Position numbers and translations under genes: made by a program. The notes beneath the pieces were generated by a model that made no database searches, was not told the DNA's origin, and saw only the letters and a list, made by a program, of their open reading frames with translations. A stretch of DNA of 64,000 nucleotides from positions 24,676,001 to 24,740,000 of the forward strand of contig OZ281497.1 in NCBI GenBank assembly GCA_965637545.1, given 5' to 3'. Within the stretch, counting starts at the first letter, position 1; each line of letters begins with the position of its first letter. Positions 63,961 to 64,000 of the stretch are shown here, piece by piece. The DNA comes from Phallusia mammillata (taxonomy: Eukaryota).

Positions 63961-64000
63961 AGGCAACCCGCAGATTTTCAATGAAACAAAACAACCAACC

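Overview
AT-rich, intron-containing eukaryotic DNA from a marine-invertebrate-like animal (a tunicate is plausible but this is inference). I reconstructed spliced gene models by hand from GT-AG junctions and reading-frame phase. (1) The window opens inside a giant mucin-ZP-domain type I membrane protein gene (+, 5'-incomplete, ends 9306). (2) A minus-strand cluster holds four genes that share one four-exon RIPK/TKL-like non-RD kinase cassette. Two encode an atlastin/GBP-family GTPase with a triplicated three-helix bundle and no transmembrane anchor, spliced in frame to the kinase: ATL-K1 (12458-17785, intact, 981 aa) and ATL-K2 (32370-38150, one 1-nt frameshift). Two encode an N-terminal RHIM-like motif and a NACHT module without LRRs, spliced in frame to the kinase: NLR-K2 (53667-59715, intact, 1077 aa) and NLR-K1 (20930-25689, disrupted). 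(3) Spacers are segmentally duplicated and carry transposon debris: hAT MITEs with 8-bp TSDs, a Penelope-like retroelement with hammerhead-ribozyme motifs, an internally deleted pogo-like element and Helentron-like elements with 157-bp tandem arrays. The main candidate novelty is a modular NTPase-sensor plus kinase cluster that looks like an innate-immune system. The fusions rest on splice-phase logic, not transcript evidence.
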